Of a stretch of 64,000 bases of DNA, positions 41,523 to 50,806 are shown one piece after another; positions within the stretch are counted from its first letter, which is position 1; each line of letters starts with the position of its first letter. The stretch is from Spirochaetaceae bacterium (GTDB taxonomy: Bacteria; Spirochaetota; Spirochaetia; DSM-27196; PWMO01): the NCBI GenBank assembly GCA_007693485.1, contig REDM01000280.1:22489-86488 (forward strand). Reading direction: 5' to 3'. A program made the translations under genes and the position numbers. The notes beneath the pieces were generated by a model. That model saw only the letters and a list, made by a program, of their open reading frames with translations, did not search any database and had not been told where the DNA came from.

Positions 41523-44500
41523 TTACGGTTTTACACTCGGTGTAACCGACAGCGGGATACCCATCGTCACCAGGATGTGATGTACCGCGGCAGTCCGCTC
41601 CAGTTGGATCACTCCGTGTTCCAGCAGCTGTCCATCCATTTCTATCCGCGCTACGCCGTGCTCGCAATTGTGAGGGTTCGCCACGCGCAGCTCGTAGACC
41701 GCCTGGCCGTGACGGTACCGAAGCGTGAAGCCGTCCCACCATGCAGGAATAACCGGCTCCAGCCGCATCTGGTCGCCACGGATCTGCAGGCCCAGCACTT
41801 CTTCAACCCACGCCCGGTACATCCACGCCGCTGAACCCGTATACCAGGACCATCCTCCGCGACCAATGCGACCGGGAACGCGATAGACGTCGGCTGCGAT
41901 CACGTAGGGCTCAACCGCGTACCGCCACACCGCCCCCAGGTTTCGGGTCTTCTCAATGGGGTTCAGGATTCGAAGCAGATCGGCGGCGCGCTCGCCGCCG
42001 CCGCCGCGTGCCACGGCCATGGCAAACCAGAGGGCCGCGTGCGTGTATTGTCCACCGTTCTCACGCACGCCCGGGGGATATCCTCTGATGTAGCCGGGAG
42101 AGGGCTCGCTTGTATCAAACGGCGGATCAAAGAGCAGCACCAGTCCCTCATCCGGGCGAACCAGCTGTTCCCATGCCGACTCAACGGCTTTCATCGTGCG
42201 GTCCTGATTGCCGGCGCCGGTGAGACGGGCCCAGGACTGGGGCAGGGAGTCGATGCGGGCTTCCACGTTCTGTACCGATCCCAGTGGTGTCCCGTTGTCG
42301 AAGAATGCACGCAGGTACCACGCCCCGTCCCAGGCGGTGGCCTCTATCCGTTGGATCAATTCGTTTCTCTGTTGTTCAAAGGCCTGCTCGAGTCGAGACT
42401 CATTCTGAAGACCACACAGTTCGCGCATTCCGCACAGCACATCCACCAGGAACCAGGCGAGCCACACGCTCTCACCGCGCCCTTCGGCGCCCACAAGGTT
42501 CATCCCATCGTTCCAGTCTCCGGTTCCCATAAGCGGGAGCCCGCGCGGACCGGACGTAAGCCCCCGTTGAACCGCACGGAGGCAGTGCTCAAAGACGGAA
42601 CCGTGTTCGGTGGTGATCCGTGGGGTCGCGAACACCTCATGCTCGTTGTCATTCAGCGGCGGTGCGTCCAGGAAGGAAACCTGCCGAGCCAGAATATCGC
42701 GGTCGCCGGTCACACGGACGTACTGCGCAACCACGTACGGAAGCCAGAGCAGATCGTCGGAGATGCGGGAACGGATCCCTGCGCCGCCGGGGGGATGCCA
42801 CCAGTGCTGCACGTCGCCTTCGACAAACTGCCGACCGGCCGCCAACAGAATCTGCCGGCGTGCGACCTCCGGTCGTGTATACACGAAGGCCATCGCGTCC
42901 TGTAACTGATCTCGGAACCCGAAAGCGCCTCCGGACTGGTAGGTTGCGGACCGTGCCCACATACGGCAGCTCAGGCTCTGATAGAGCAACCAGCGGTTGA
43001 TCAGGAAGTTTGCGGCGTGCTCGGGAGTCTCCACTTCAATGGTCCCCAGCAGGTCATCCCACCACGTCCTGGTTCGCACGAGGGAGGTCTCGAATGCCGC
43101 GGCGTTTTCATAGGTACGAACAAGCTCGCGTGCCTCCGACAGCGATTCCGCCTGTCCAACCACCAGCACAACCTCTGCACTTGCACCGGGAGCAACCGAG
43201 ACCGTTGTCTGAAGCGCGGAGCACGGATCAAGACCCGCGCCCACCCGATGTGCAAGCGTGGTGCGTTCCATTGCCGCCGGTCGCGCGAGTGCGCGGTTTC
43301 TGCCCAGGAACATGGTGCGGTCGGCGCTGTACGTTGTTGCGGAGGGCGTCATCGCAGCAAATGCGAGGCGATCGCCGTACTCGGGATGATAGCGATTCCG
43401 TGCCAACAGAGCAGAAACAGTGTCGTCCCACGACGTGGTGATGTGCATCGCGGAGGACTCGCGGTTCTCACCCAGGGTCCACTCAAGGTAGTGGGTGACA
43501 GACAGAGTGCGCACTCTTGTCGTGGTGTTCTTGAGGCGCAGTCGTTGCAGCTTCACCGGCTCGCCGTCTTCGTCGTTCATTGGGACGAAGACCGTCAGCT
43601 CTTGCTCAATGCCGTGACTGTTGTGTTCAAACACAGAGTATCCGGCGCCGTGGCGCGCGCGGTACGCGGTGCGCTCGCGAATGGGAGACGCAGTGGGAGA
43701 CCAATACGCCCCGGTCTCCTCGTCCCGAACGAAGATCGCCTCGGACGCGGGATCGACAACCGGATCATTGGACCAGGCGGTAAGGCGGTTGCGTTGACTG
43801 TTTCCGTACCAGGTGAAGCCCGCACCGGTTTCTCCTACCAGTGTTCCGAAGTGAGGGTTTGCGATGATGTTCACCCACGGTGCAGGGGTATGCGAGTCTT
43901 CGCCGAGATAGATCGCGTACTCCCGTCCGTGGTCGGTGAAACCGCCGAGACCGTTGAAGTAGTGCAATTCCATGAAGGGCAACTCTGCCGACACATCCGT
44001 TGCGGTTCGCTTCTTCACGGTGAGCAGTGACGACTCGGGGGGGTCCGCAGCGACACCCAGCTGCTGTGGGAGAGCCCCGCGGGCTGCTATCAGTACCACG
44101 CGGGCAACCGCGGTCAGCAGAACGACGTCTTCACGCGGAAGTTGATCGGCGTTCACCAGAAACGCGCCGGTACCATGTGCCCGAACCATCCCATCAAGGT
44201 GGGTCCGAAGCGGATTATCATACCCGCTGGACTCTTCGTTCAGGATGACGAGGTCGGTCGTAAATCCGTGAAGGCGCCAGTAGGATTGCGCGCGCAACAT
44301 CTGGCGAACCAGATCGACATCGCGAAGGTCTGCGATGCGCAGGAGAGTAATCGGCGCATCGCCGGAAATTCCATACGCCCAGAGTGCTGACTGTCCTTTC
44401 CGATTTTCCGCAAGGCGCTGTGCCGCCGGGCGGAGTCGCGAGTTGGGGAACAGCAGGTGGCTGGCTATCTGCTGAAAGCGGCGTGCCTCGTCCGGCTGAA

Positions 44501-47500
44501 TTCGAAGCGAGCGTAACTCGATTTGTGCCGACGCCCACGCGAAATCCATCGCACGATCGATCGCGTGCGGGTCCTTGTACTTGTCCAGAAGCTCGAGGAC
44601 CAGCGACTGTGACTCGCCGGCGGCAACGATCAGGGAAAGCTGTCGCTGTTCGCCGGGACCCAACTCGACGCGTGCACGCAGACTGAGAATCGGGTCGAGC
44701 ACGAACCCTTGAGTTCCGCCCGGTGGAGACACGGCCCCGATCGGATTCGCGAGGCTGCGTCCACGTCCAATAAAGGAAGCTCGGTCGGTCTCGAAACTCA
44801 GTCCGGAACTCTTTTCATCAGCAGGGTTGCTCCACGTGACGCGATGGCCGATGCAGACGGGTTGCTCGTCCTCGCGGCGAAGCCGGCGGTAGGCCAGTAA
44901 CGCCCGGTGCTCTGTGTGAGCCTCGGTCTGAATGAACAACTTGTTGAACGCCGGGTGTTGCACGTCCGACTGGTGGGGAGCCAGGGAGACTTCGATATAG
45001 CTCGTGAGGTCCAGACGACGACTTCGAAGTGAACGGTTAATCAGCGTGATTCGCCGGATCTCAACGTCGTCTTCGGGAGAGATCACGATTTCGGTCTTGA
45101 GCTCGATACCGTTATCAACTCGGCGAATTACGGCACGGTCAAGCGCGAAATCTGCATTGTATGAGGTAACGGATCCACACGTTGGGTGGTAGGTATTGGA
45201 CCAGAGCCGGTCGGCATCGGGTTCGTGGACGTAGCAGAATACACCGCCGGAATCGCGGGTTGCGTCGGCTCTCCACCGCGTCAACTCCACGGCGCGCCAT
45301 TGGCTGTACCCGCCACCCGCGTTGGTAATCATGGTCGAGTACCGCCCATTGCCAAGCAACTGGGTCTTGGGAGTCGCGGTATTGGGAGAGTCAAATGTGC
45401 TGGGCGAGGTCGAGATGTCGCCGGTGGTGGCGACCGGCGGCTGCGCATCGCGCGTGGTGCGCTGCCCCGTTACCCCGACCGGAATGCTCTCATGCAGCAA
45501 CGGCTCGAACGCGCGCACGCGAGGATTCCGGTGGAAATGATTCCGAACCGCGTCTTCGTGAAGGTAGTTACTCAAGGAAAGGAAACTCATGCCCTGATGA
45601 TGTGACATATAGGTTCGCACTATGACACCGCGTCCGCCGTCGCGACGAGCCTGGCGGCTGAAGTCTATCGCGTCGTAGTATCCGTACGTGTCGAACAGTC
45701 CCAGTGAGATGAGTCGACGAAGGTTTTTTACCGTTGCGGTCGGTGCAATCCCCAATGCCAGCAGACAGGCGTACGGTGCAACGACGAGCTCTTTGTCCAA
45801 GCCGCGCTTCAGCGCAAGCGCCGGTATCCCGAACGCCTTGTATTGATACGTCTTATTGCCGTCAAGATCCGAAAACGCTGACTCCGAAATGCCCCACGGT
45901 ACGCGTTGTGCGCGGCCGTACTCGATCTGTATCGCTACCGCTTCTGCAGCTGCTTTGTTCAGAAGCGAGTGCTGGTAGGAGTGAAGCAGCAACTGAGGCA
46001 TGAGGTACTCAAACATCGTGCCGGTCCAGCTGAGCAGGACGCGACGCCGACCGATTGCGTTGTGTGGGCGTGCCATGGTGAACCAGTGCTCGACCGGTAC
46101 ATCGCCGCGTGCAACCGCCACGTAGCTTCCAATGCGCGCTTCACTTGCAAGCAGGTCGTAGTAGGCATTGTCGGGACGATGCTCGGTGACGTTGAACCCG
46201 ATACGAAAGAGTTTGCAGAGTGGGTTATAGAGAAAGCGCATGTTAATTGATGCCGCAAACCGTTGCACATCGGTGAGGAGTACGCGTGCCGTAGCAAGCG
46301 CTTCGCCGGCGAGCCATTGCGAGTCATGAAACGCCTGAAGAACCCGGTCGATCCACGGCGCAAGTGGTGACGCAGCAATGTGCGGAAGGTCTCGTCTGGT
46401 TGCTATCATACGGATGAAATCGACGGTACCGGCGGCAATCGACTCGAGCGAGGGTGCGTGGGTGAGGTCGAGGCGAACCATCGTGGCAGCGTCATCACCG
46501 AGCAGTGCCAGATCCTCCGGCGTCTGTTCGGCGGCAATCTCAATCCAACCAAGATAGCGCGCGCAGACGTTCATCCAGGCGGATGCCTGTTCTCGAAACT
46601 GTTGAAGCCAGTACGCCGACTCGGCTGTTGGAGATTCAGTCTCTTGGCGGGAGACCTGGTGTGCCACCTGATCAAGCTGCCGTAGCACTCGGATTTTGTC
46701 TGCCGTGTTTTCCCGAGTCTCCTCAAGCACGCCTTTCAGCGTGGTCAGCATGCGGCGCGCGTCGGTATCGCGGGGTCCATGATCGCCCGCGCGTTCGGTG
46801 AGAATACTTAGCGTATCGAGTAAGCCGTTGAATGCCGGCGTATCCAGAACCGGATTGCTCACCATGGTGTGGAGAGCGGACTCCAGAGCCCAGAGTGAGG
46901 CCAGGAGGTTTCCGCTGTCCACCGTCGATACGTAGCGCGGTTCCAGCGGCGCGAGCGTCTGAATGTCGTACCAGTTGAGCAAGTGTCCTTCAAAACGCTC
47001 CAGGCTGCCCACGGTCTTCATCGACTTGGAAAGGATTTCGGTCACCTGATCGGTTGTGAGATACCCAAAGTCCCGGGCTGCCACCGCGCTGAGCATCCAA
47101 AGGCCAATGTTGGTCGGGCTGGTACGCATCGCAAGGCGGTTCTGGTGTGCAGTCTGGAAATTGTCGGGCGGAAGCCATGAGGTCTCGCTGGAGACAAACT
47201 CCGCGTAGTAACGCCACGTCCGCCGCGCCACGGAGCGAAGAAAGTGCACGTCAACGGCGGGAAGGCTCCGGCTTTGGGGCGGGGCAGGAGGGCGACTCAA
47301 CAACCACGTGGTAAGCGGGGCGCCGATCCACACCACAAGCCACGGAGCGGCGAACAGCGCATGTGCCGGCATCCAGGTAATCAGGGCCCATCCGGCAACC
47401 AGACTGAGAAGGCTCGTCAGTCCCACGGTACCATACATCCTCGCGTACCCCGTGGGTGTGCGGCGAGAACTCGAGCGATTGACGGTCCATTCCAGCAGGT

Positions 47501-50500
47501 TTTTGTGCGATACAAGACGGCGATACCACACGCGAATGATTGCGTCGGCGGCAAGCACGCTCTGGTGGGGGATCAACGACGCCTCGGCGAGCGTGCGCAG
47601 CAGATCGTGGCCAAGCGTCGACAGTGAAAAGGACTTGAACGCGTCGCGAGTCGTTGCCATGGTGAGAGACGGCATGAGCGTATTGAACAGAAGTTGGGCA
47701 GCAACGATGATCGAGGCAACCACCGCCATTCTCGGAGTCCCGAGCCAGGCGACCGCAAGCAGACCCATGCTCGCCAGAGGAATCACGCTTCGACGGAGGT
47801 TGTCCGCGATCTTCCAACGATTAAACGCAGAGAGTTCATTCGCCGAACGCCGTCCCTCGGAGTCCCGGACACGCGGCAGGATCCAGTCTGCAATCTGCCA
47901 GTCTCCCCGGATCCACCGGTGTTGGCGTGTGGAAAAACTGAGATAATCCTGCGGAAACTCGTCGAGCAGGTCGATATCACTGGCAAGTCCAACGCGAACG
48001 TGGGCGCCTTCAATCAGATCGTGGCTCAAGAGGTGACTGTCTCGAAACCTCCGTGACAGCACCCGGCTGAAGGCACGCACGTCGTAGATACCTTTCCCGT
48101 GGTAGGAGCCTTCCGCGGTAAGGTCCTGGTTCACATCCGAAATCACGCGGGTGTACGGATCGATCCCCACGGCGTTCGAGAAGAGGCGGCTGAACGGGGA
48201 GCCGTTGCTGCTCGGCAGGGAAGGACTTACCCGAGGCTGAATGATGGTGTAGGTCCCGGCAACAATGCGGCCTCCGTCGTCTATTTGCGGCTGATTTAGC
48301 GGGTGGGCCAGAGTTTCGACCATTCTGCGCGCAGTTCCCGCGGGCAGCTGCGTATCGCTGTCAAGCGTGATGACAAAACGAACCTCTCGCAGGCGATCGG
48401 GATCACCGAGGTAGACTATCTGCCCGGCGTCATCCCGGCGACTTCCGTCGATCAATGTATTCAGTTCTTCCAGTTTTCCGCGTTTGCGCTCCCATCCAAT
48501 GAACGCCTGCTCTGATTCACTCCAGACTCGCTGTCGATGCAGGAGAAAGAATCTTTCGTTTCCGTAGCGCGCATTCAACGCCTCAAGACCGGCGATTGCG
48601 CGCTGCAGCAGCGTCTCATCGTTGTCGCGGTGCTGTTCGGTCCAATCCGTGTAGTCCGTGAACAGGCTGAACAGCAGATTCTGGTCGCGGTTGGCCAGAT
48701 AGCGTATCTCAATTCGTGCAATCTGCTCGTCGATGGTGCGAGTATCCACGAGCATCATCGGAACGACCACGAGTGTCCGAAAGGTATCGGGAATTCCTGC
48801 GTCCTTGAAATCCATTTTTGAGAGGGCTCGGGGTGGGAAGAACCGCAACACCAGGTAGTTCACAATTTCTACGGCGAGTTGGCTCAGCGGGAGCAGTGCC
48901 ATCGCCAGGAACGCAACCTGTGTGATTACCGGCTCCCGATGAACTCCAAAGCGGATAATTGGTGCGGCCAAAAGCGCCGAGAACAACCCTACTGCCGATA
49001 GATATACCGCTGAGTGGTGTCGTGTCGCCCAGAATCGCATACGCTCGCCGAGCAGCATGCGAGCACCAACGCGGCGGGAAAGCTCGTTCCTGGCCCCTCC
49101 CGCGAGGTAGATTCCGATGTGCGATTGCTCATCACCGGGCGCCGCCGCCTCGCAGGCCAGATCGATGACGGCCTGGGCAACCTGGAGTTCGGTTTGCCCG
49201 CAACGACGCGAGTTCTGCTCAATGGCTCGCCGATAACGATCTCGCGTTGCAAAATCCATCCCGGGATAGACTCCTGCGGGATCAAGCCGCAGGAGTCGTT
49301 CGACGTGGCTGACCTCCTCGAAGGTGTCCCTCCAGTCCAGTTGTGTGAGCTCTCTCAGACTGGTAAACGCGTTCCCGACGGCAATCTGCTCTTTCGCCTG
49401 GCGGTCCTGTTCACCGCTGTTCAGTTCCTCAATCGGCCGGCGAAAGACTCGCTCGAGCCAGCTGCGCACCAGTACCGAACAGGACTCTTCACCGTAGAGG
49501 TGATCGAGTAGCTGAAATGCAAAGTGCGGTCCGGGCGTAGCATACCGGTCGGTCAACTCGGCCATCATCGGAAACAGGTGGTTGGGGTCACGGCGGTCGG
49601 CGGTGATCAGACGGTTCGCCCAGAAGTCGGCAGTTTCGCGGTCACGCAGCTCGGTCAGGCCACGGGAGGCAAGCGAAACGATGCCCTCGACGAGCGCGAG
49701 GCGAAGCATCTGCGGCATTGCCCACAGTTCCGCGGTGGTAAGCGGTTCGACTGATTGATACGCTTCGACGAACGATACAATCGTTTCCCGATCGATTCGC
49801 AGGCTGGTATCTCCGGCAAGCTGTCTGGCCAGAACGTATATGCGCGGGAGACCATGACTTCGTTCGTCGTTCAGTATCGGCAGCTCGCGGTAGAAACGGC
49901 GGGACAGGTTCTGTTGTACATCCCGGATCGCACCGTCGACCATGTACTGATTGTCGAGGATCCACTCGATGATCGGTGTGGGACGCAGTCCAAGCGCTGC
50001 AGCCCCGGACAGGTCCCGGGAGACCGGTCCGATCCATTTTCTCATCTGTTTCAGACGAACAAGTAATACCGTGTCATGCGTCGGCTGGAAACTCACCCGA
50101 CCGTTGGCGGCAAGGTGGCGTGCGCGCTCCTGGATTTGCAAAAGAGTACACGGTGTGGCAACGGTTCCCAGATCGGGGATCACCGGAGCGTGCGCGGGGT
50201 TGAGGATAAAGATGATTGGAGGATTCTCGCCGTTGCGCCGCAACAGTTCTGCCGGATGGAGCAGCGACGCGATGGGCTCTTGCATGACAAGGGCTGACTC
50301 TTCAACCGCGAGCCGACGGGAAAGTTCCTTGGCCTGGCCGCGGGTGGAACCACGCCGCCATAGCGGAGCATGAATCGTAATTCGGCCGTTCGCATCTCGA
50401 TGGACCAGAGCAGCTCGGTGGTAACCCGAACGCTTCAGCGTCCGCAGGGCCGCCTCGGCCTCCTGGCGTCTGATGAAAAATGCGGTCAGTGTTGCTGGTT

Positions 50501-50525
50501 TCACGGTCTTCCCTTCCGGCGGCAT
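41523..50525 (-). CDS. cgs: Cyclic beta-1,2-glucan synthase (Cgs/NdvB/ChvB type: GT84 glycosyltransferase plus GH94-like phosphorylase domains)
   Basis: 3000-aa ORF with multiple TM segments. Glycosyltransferase block RFVITLDSDTQLP...QHRWIRGDWQI. The large C-terminal half carries GH94-like segments (GGAFGFRDQLQD, GTGDWNDGMN), as recalled for Brucella, Rhizobium and Agrobacterium enzymes. Confidence 0.88.
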   Translation of the reverse strand: MPPEGKTVKPATLTAFFIRRQEAEAALRTLKRSGYHRAALVHRDANGRITIHAPLWRRGSTRGQAKELSRRLAVEESALVMQEPIASLLHPAELLRRNGENPPIIFILNPAHAPVIPDLGTVATPCTLLQIQERARHLAANGRVSFQPTHDTVLLVRLKQMRKWIGPVSRDLSGAAALGLRPTPIIEWILDNQYMVDGAIRDVQQNLSRRFYRELPILNDERSHGLPRIYVLARQLAGDTSLRIDRETIVSFVEAYQSVEPLTTAELWAMPQMLRLALVEGIVSLASRGLTELRDRETADFWANRLITADRRDPNHLFPMMAELTDRYATPGPHFAFQLLDHLYGEESCSVLVRSWLERVFRRPIEELNSGEQDRQAKEQIAVGNAFTSLRELTQLDWRDTFEEVSHVERLLRLDPAGVYPGMDFATRDRYRRAIEQNSRRCGQTELQVAQAVIDLACEAAAPGDEQSHIGIYLAGGARNELSRRVGARMLLGERMRFWATRHHSAVYLSAVGLFSALLAAPIIRFGVHREPVITQVAFLAMALLPLSQLAVEIVNYLVLRFFPPRALSKMDFKDAGIPDTFRTLVVVPMMLVDTRTIDEQIARIEIRYLANRDQNLLFSLFTDYTDWTEQHRDNDETLLQRAIAGLEALNARYGNERFFLLHRQRVWSESEQAFIGWERKRGKLEELNTLIDGSRRDDAGQIVYLGDPDRLREVRFVITLDSDTQLPAGTARRMVETLAHPLNQPQIDDGGRIVAGTYTIIQPRVSPSLPSSNGSPFSRLFSNAVGIDPYTRVISDVNQDLTAEGSYHGKGIYDVRAFSRVLSRRFRDSHLLSHDLIEGAHVRVGLASDIDLLDEFPQDYLSFSTRQHRWIRGDWQIADWILPRVRDSEGRRSANELSAFNRWKIADNLRRSVIPLASMGLLAVAWLGTPRMAVVASIIVAAQLLFNTLMPSLTMATTRDAFKSFSLSTLGHDLLRTLAEASLIPHQSVLAADAIIRVWYRRLVSHKNLLEWTVNRSSSRRTPTGYARMYGTVGLTSLLSLVAGWALITWMPAHALFAAPWLVVWIGAPLTTWLLSRPPAPPQSRSLPAVDVHFLRSVARRTWRYYAEFVSSETSWLPPDNFQTAHQNRLAMRTSPTNIGLWMLSAVAARDFGYLTTDQVTEILSKSMKTVGSLERFEGHLLNWYDIQTLAPLEPRYVSTVDSGNLLASLWALESALHTMVSNPVLDTPAFNGLLDTLSILTERAGDHGPRDTDARRMLTTLKGVLEETRENTADKIRVLRQLDQVAHQVSRQETESPTAESAYWLQQFREQASAWMNVCARYLGWIEIAAEQTPEDLALLGDDAATMVRLDLTHAPSLESIAAGTVDFIRMIATRRDLPHIAASPLAPWIDRVLQAFHDSQWLAGEALATARVLLTDVQRFAASINMRFLYNPLCKLFRIGFNVTEHRPDNAYYDLLASEARIGSYVAVARGDVPVEHWFTMARPHNAIGRRRVLLSWTGTMFEYLMPQLLLHSYQHSLLNKAAAEAVAIQIEYGRAQRVPWGISESAFSDLDGNKTYQYKAFGIPALALKRGLDKELVVAPYACLLALGIAPTATVKNLRRLISLGLFDTYGYYDAIDFSRQARRDGGRGVIVRTYMSHHQGMSFLSLSNYLHEDAVRNHFHRNPRVRAFEPLLHESIPVGVTGQRTTRDAQPPVATTGDISTSPSTFDSPNTATPKTQLLGNGRYSTMITNAGGGYSQWRAVELTRWRADATRDSGGVFCYVHEPDADRLWSNTYHPTCGSVTSYNADFALDRAVIRRVDNGIELKTEIVISPEDDVEIRRITLINRSLRSRRLDLTSYIEVSLAPHQSDVQHPAFNKLFIQTEAHTEHRALLAYRRLRREDEQPVCIGHRVTWSNPADEKSSGLSFETDRASFIGRGRSLANPIGAVSPPGGTQGFVLDPILSLRARVELGPGEQRQLSLIVAAGESQSLVLELLDKYKDPHAIDRAMDFAWASAQIELRSLRIQPDEARRFQQIASHLLFPNSRLRPAAQRLAENRKGQSALWAYGISGDAPITLLRIADLRDVDLVRQMLRAQSYWRLHGFTTDLVILNEESSGYDNPLRTHLDGMVRAHGTGAFLVNADQLPREDVVLLTAVARVVLIAARGALPQQLGVAADPPESSLLTVKKRTATDVSAELPFMELHYFNGLGGFTDHGREYAIYLGEDSHTPAPWVNIIANPHFGTLVGETGAGFTWYGNSQRNRLTAWSNDPVVDPASEAIFVRDEETGAYWSPTASPIRERTAYRARHGAGYSVFEHNSHGIEQELTVFVPMNDEDGEPVKLQRLRLKNTTTRVRTLSVTHYLEWTLGENRESSAMHITTSWDDTVSALLARNRYHPEYGDRLAFAAMTPSATTYSADRTMFLGRNRALARPAAMERTTLAHRVGAGLDPCSALQTTVSVAPGASAEVVLVVGQAESLSEARELVRTYENAAAFETSLVRTRTWWDDLLGTIEVETPEHAANFLINRWLLYQSLSCRMWARSATYQSGGAFGFRDQLQDAMAFVYTRPEVARRQILLAAGRQFVEGDVQHWWHPPGGAGIRSRISDDLLWLPYVVAQYVRVTGDRDILARQVSFLDAPPLNDNEHEVFATPRITTEHGSVFEHCLRAVQRGLTSGPRGLPLMGTGDWNDGMNLVGAEGRGESVWLAWFLVDVLCGMRELCGLQNESRLEQAFEQQRNELIQRIEATAWDGAWYLRAFFDNGTPLGSVQNVEARIDSLPQSWARLTGAGNQDRTMKAVESAWEQLVRPDEGLVLLFDPPFDTSEPSPGYIRGYPPGVRENGGQYTHAALWFAMAVARGGGGERAADLLRILNPIEKTRNLGAVWRYAVEPYVIAADVYRVPGRIGRGGWSWYTGSAAWMYRAWVEEVLGLQIRGDQMRLEPVIPAWWDGFTLRYRHGQAVYELRVANPHNCEHGVARIEMDGQLLEHGVIQLERTAAVHHILVTMGIPLSVTPSVKP

Positions 50526-50590
50526 CGGTTGTGGATGCCGTCCGGTGCGTAGCTCGCATTACCAACAACGGTAACAATCAGGCTGCCCAA

Positions 50591-50614
50591 GGTCTGTGCG
50601 CTACCGCACAGACC
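50591..50614. repeat. Palindromic hairpin GGTCTGTGCG-CTAC-CGCACAGACC between tRNA-Leu and the glucan synthase start
   Basis: 10-bp perfect stem. Same arms as 41486-41509, 35257-35278 and the partial copy at 38945-38963. Confidence 0.75.
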
Positions 50615-50699
50615 AGACAAGAGATACCCGCACCCTGCTCAATTGCCCGGGGAGGGATGATTGGCTTGTGGAGACACCCTGAATGGAGAAACCCTGAAC

Positions 50700-50784
50700 T
50701 GCCGGAGACGGGACTTGAACCCGTACAGACGCAATGTCCGGGGGATTTTAAGTCCCCTGTGTCTACCAATTTCACCACTCCGGC
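50700..50784 (-). tRNA. tRNA-Leu (anticodon TAA)
   Basis: The - strand reads GCCGGAG-TG-GTGAAATTGGTAGACAC-A-GGGGA-CTTAAAA-TCCCC-long variable arm-ACGGG-TTCAAGT-CCCGT-CTCCGGC-A. This gives a full cloverleaf with a class II variable arm. CCA is not encoded. Confidence 0.93.
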
Positions 50785-50806
50785 GTTGCGCTGAGACTAC
50801 ACCGCA

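Noticed and set aside
38500-50700. Genomic island integrated at tRNA-Leu
   Set aside because: The tRNA-proximal position and flanking palindromes are suggestive. However, I found no direct repeat of the tRNA 3' end and no integrase, and I cannot compute compositional deviation by eye. It is kept only as a hypothesis under the cgs finding.
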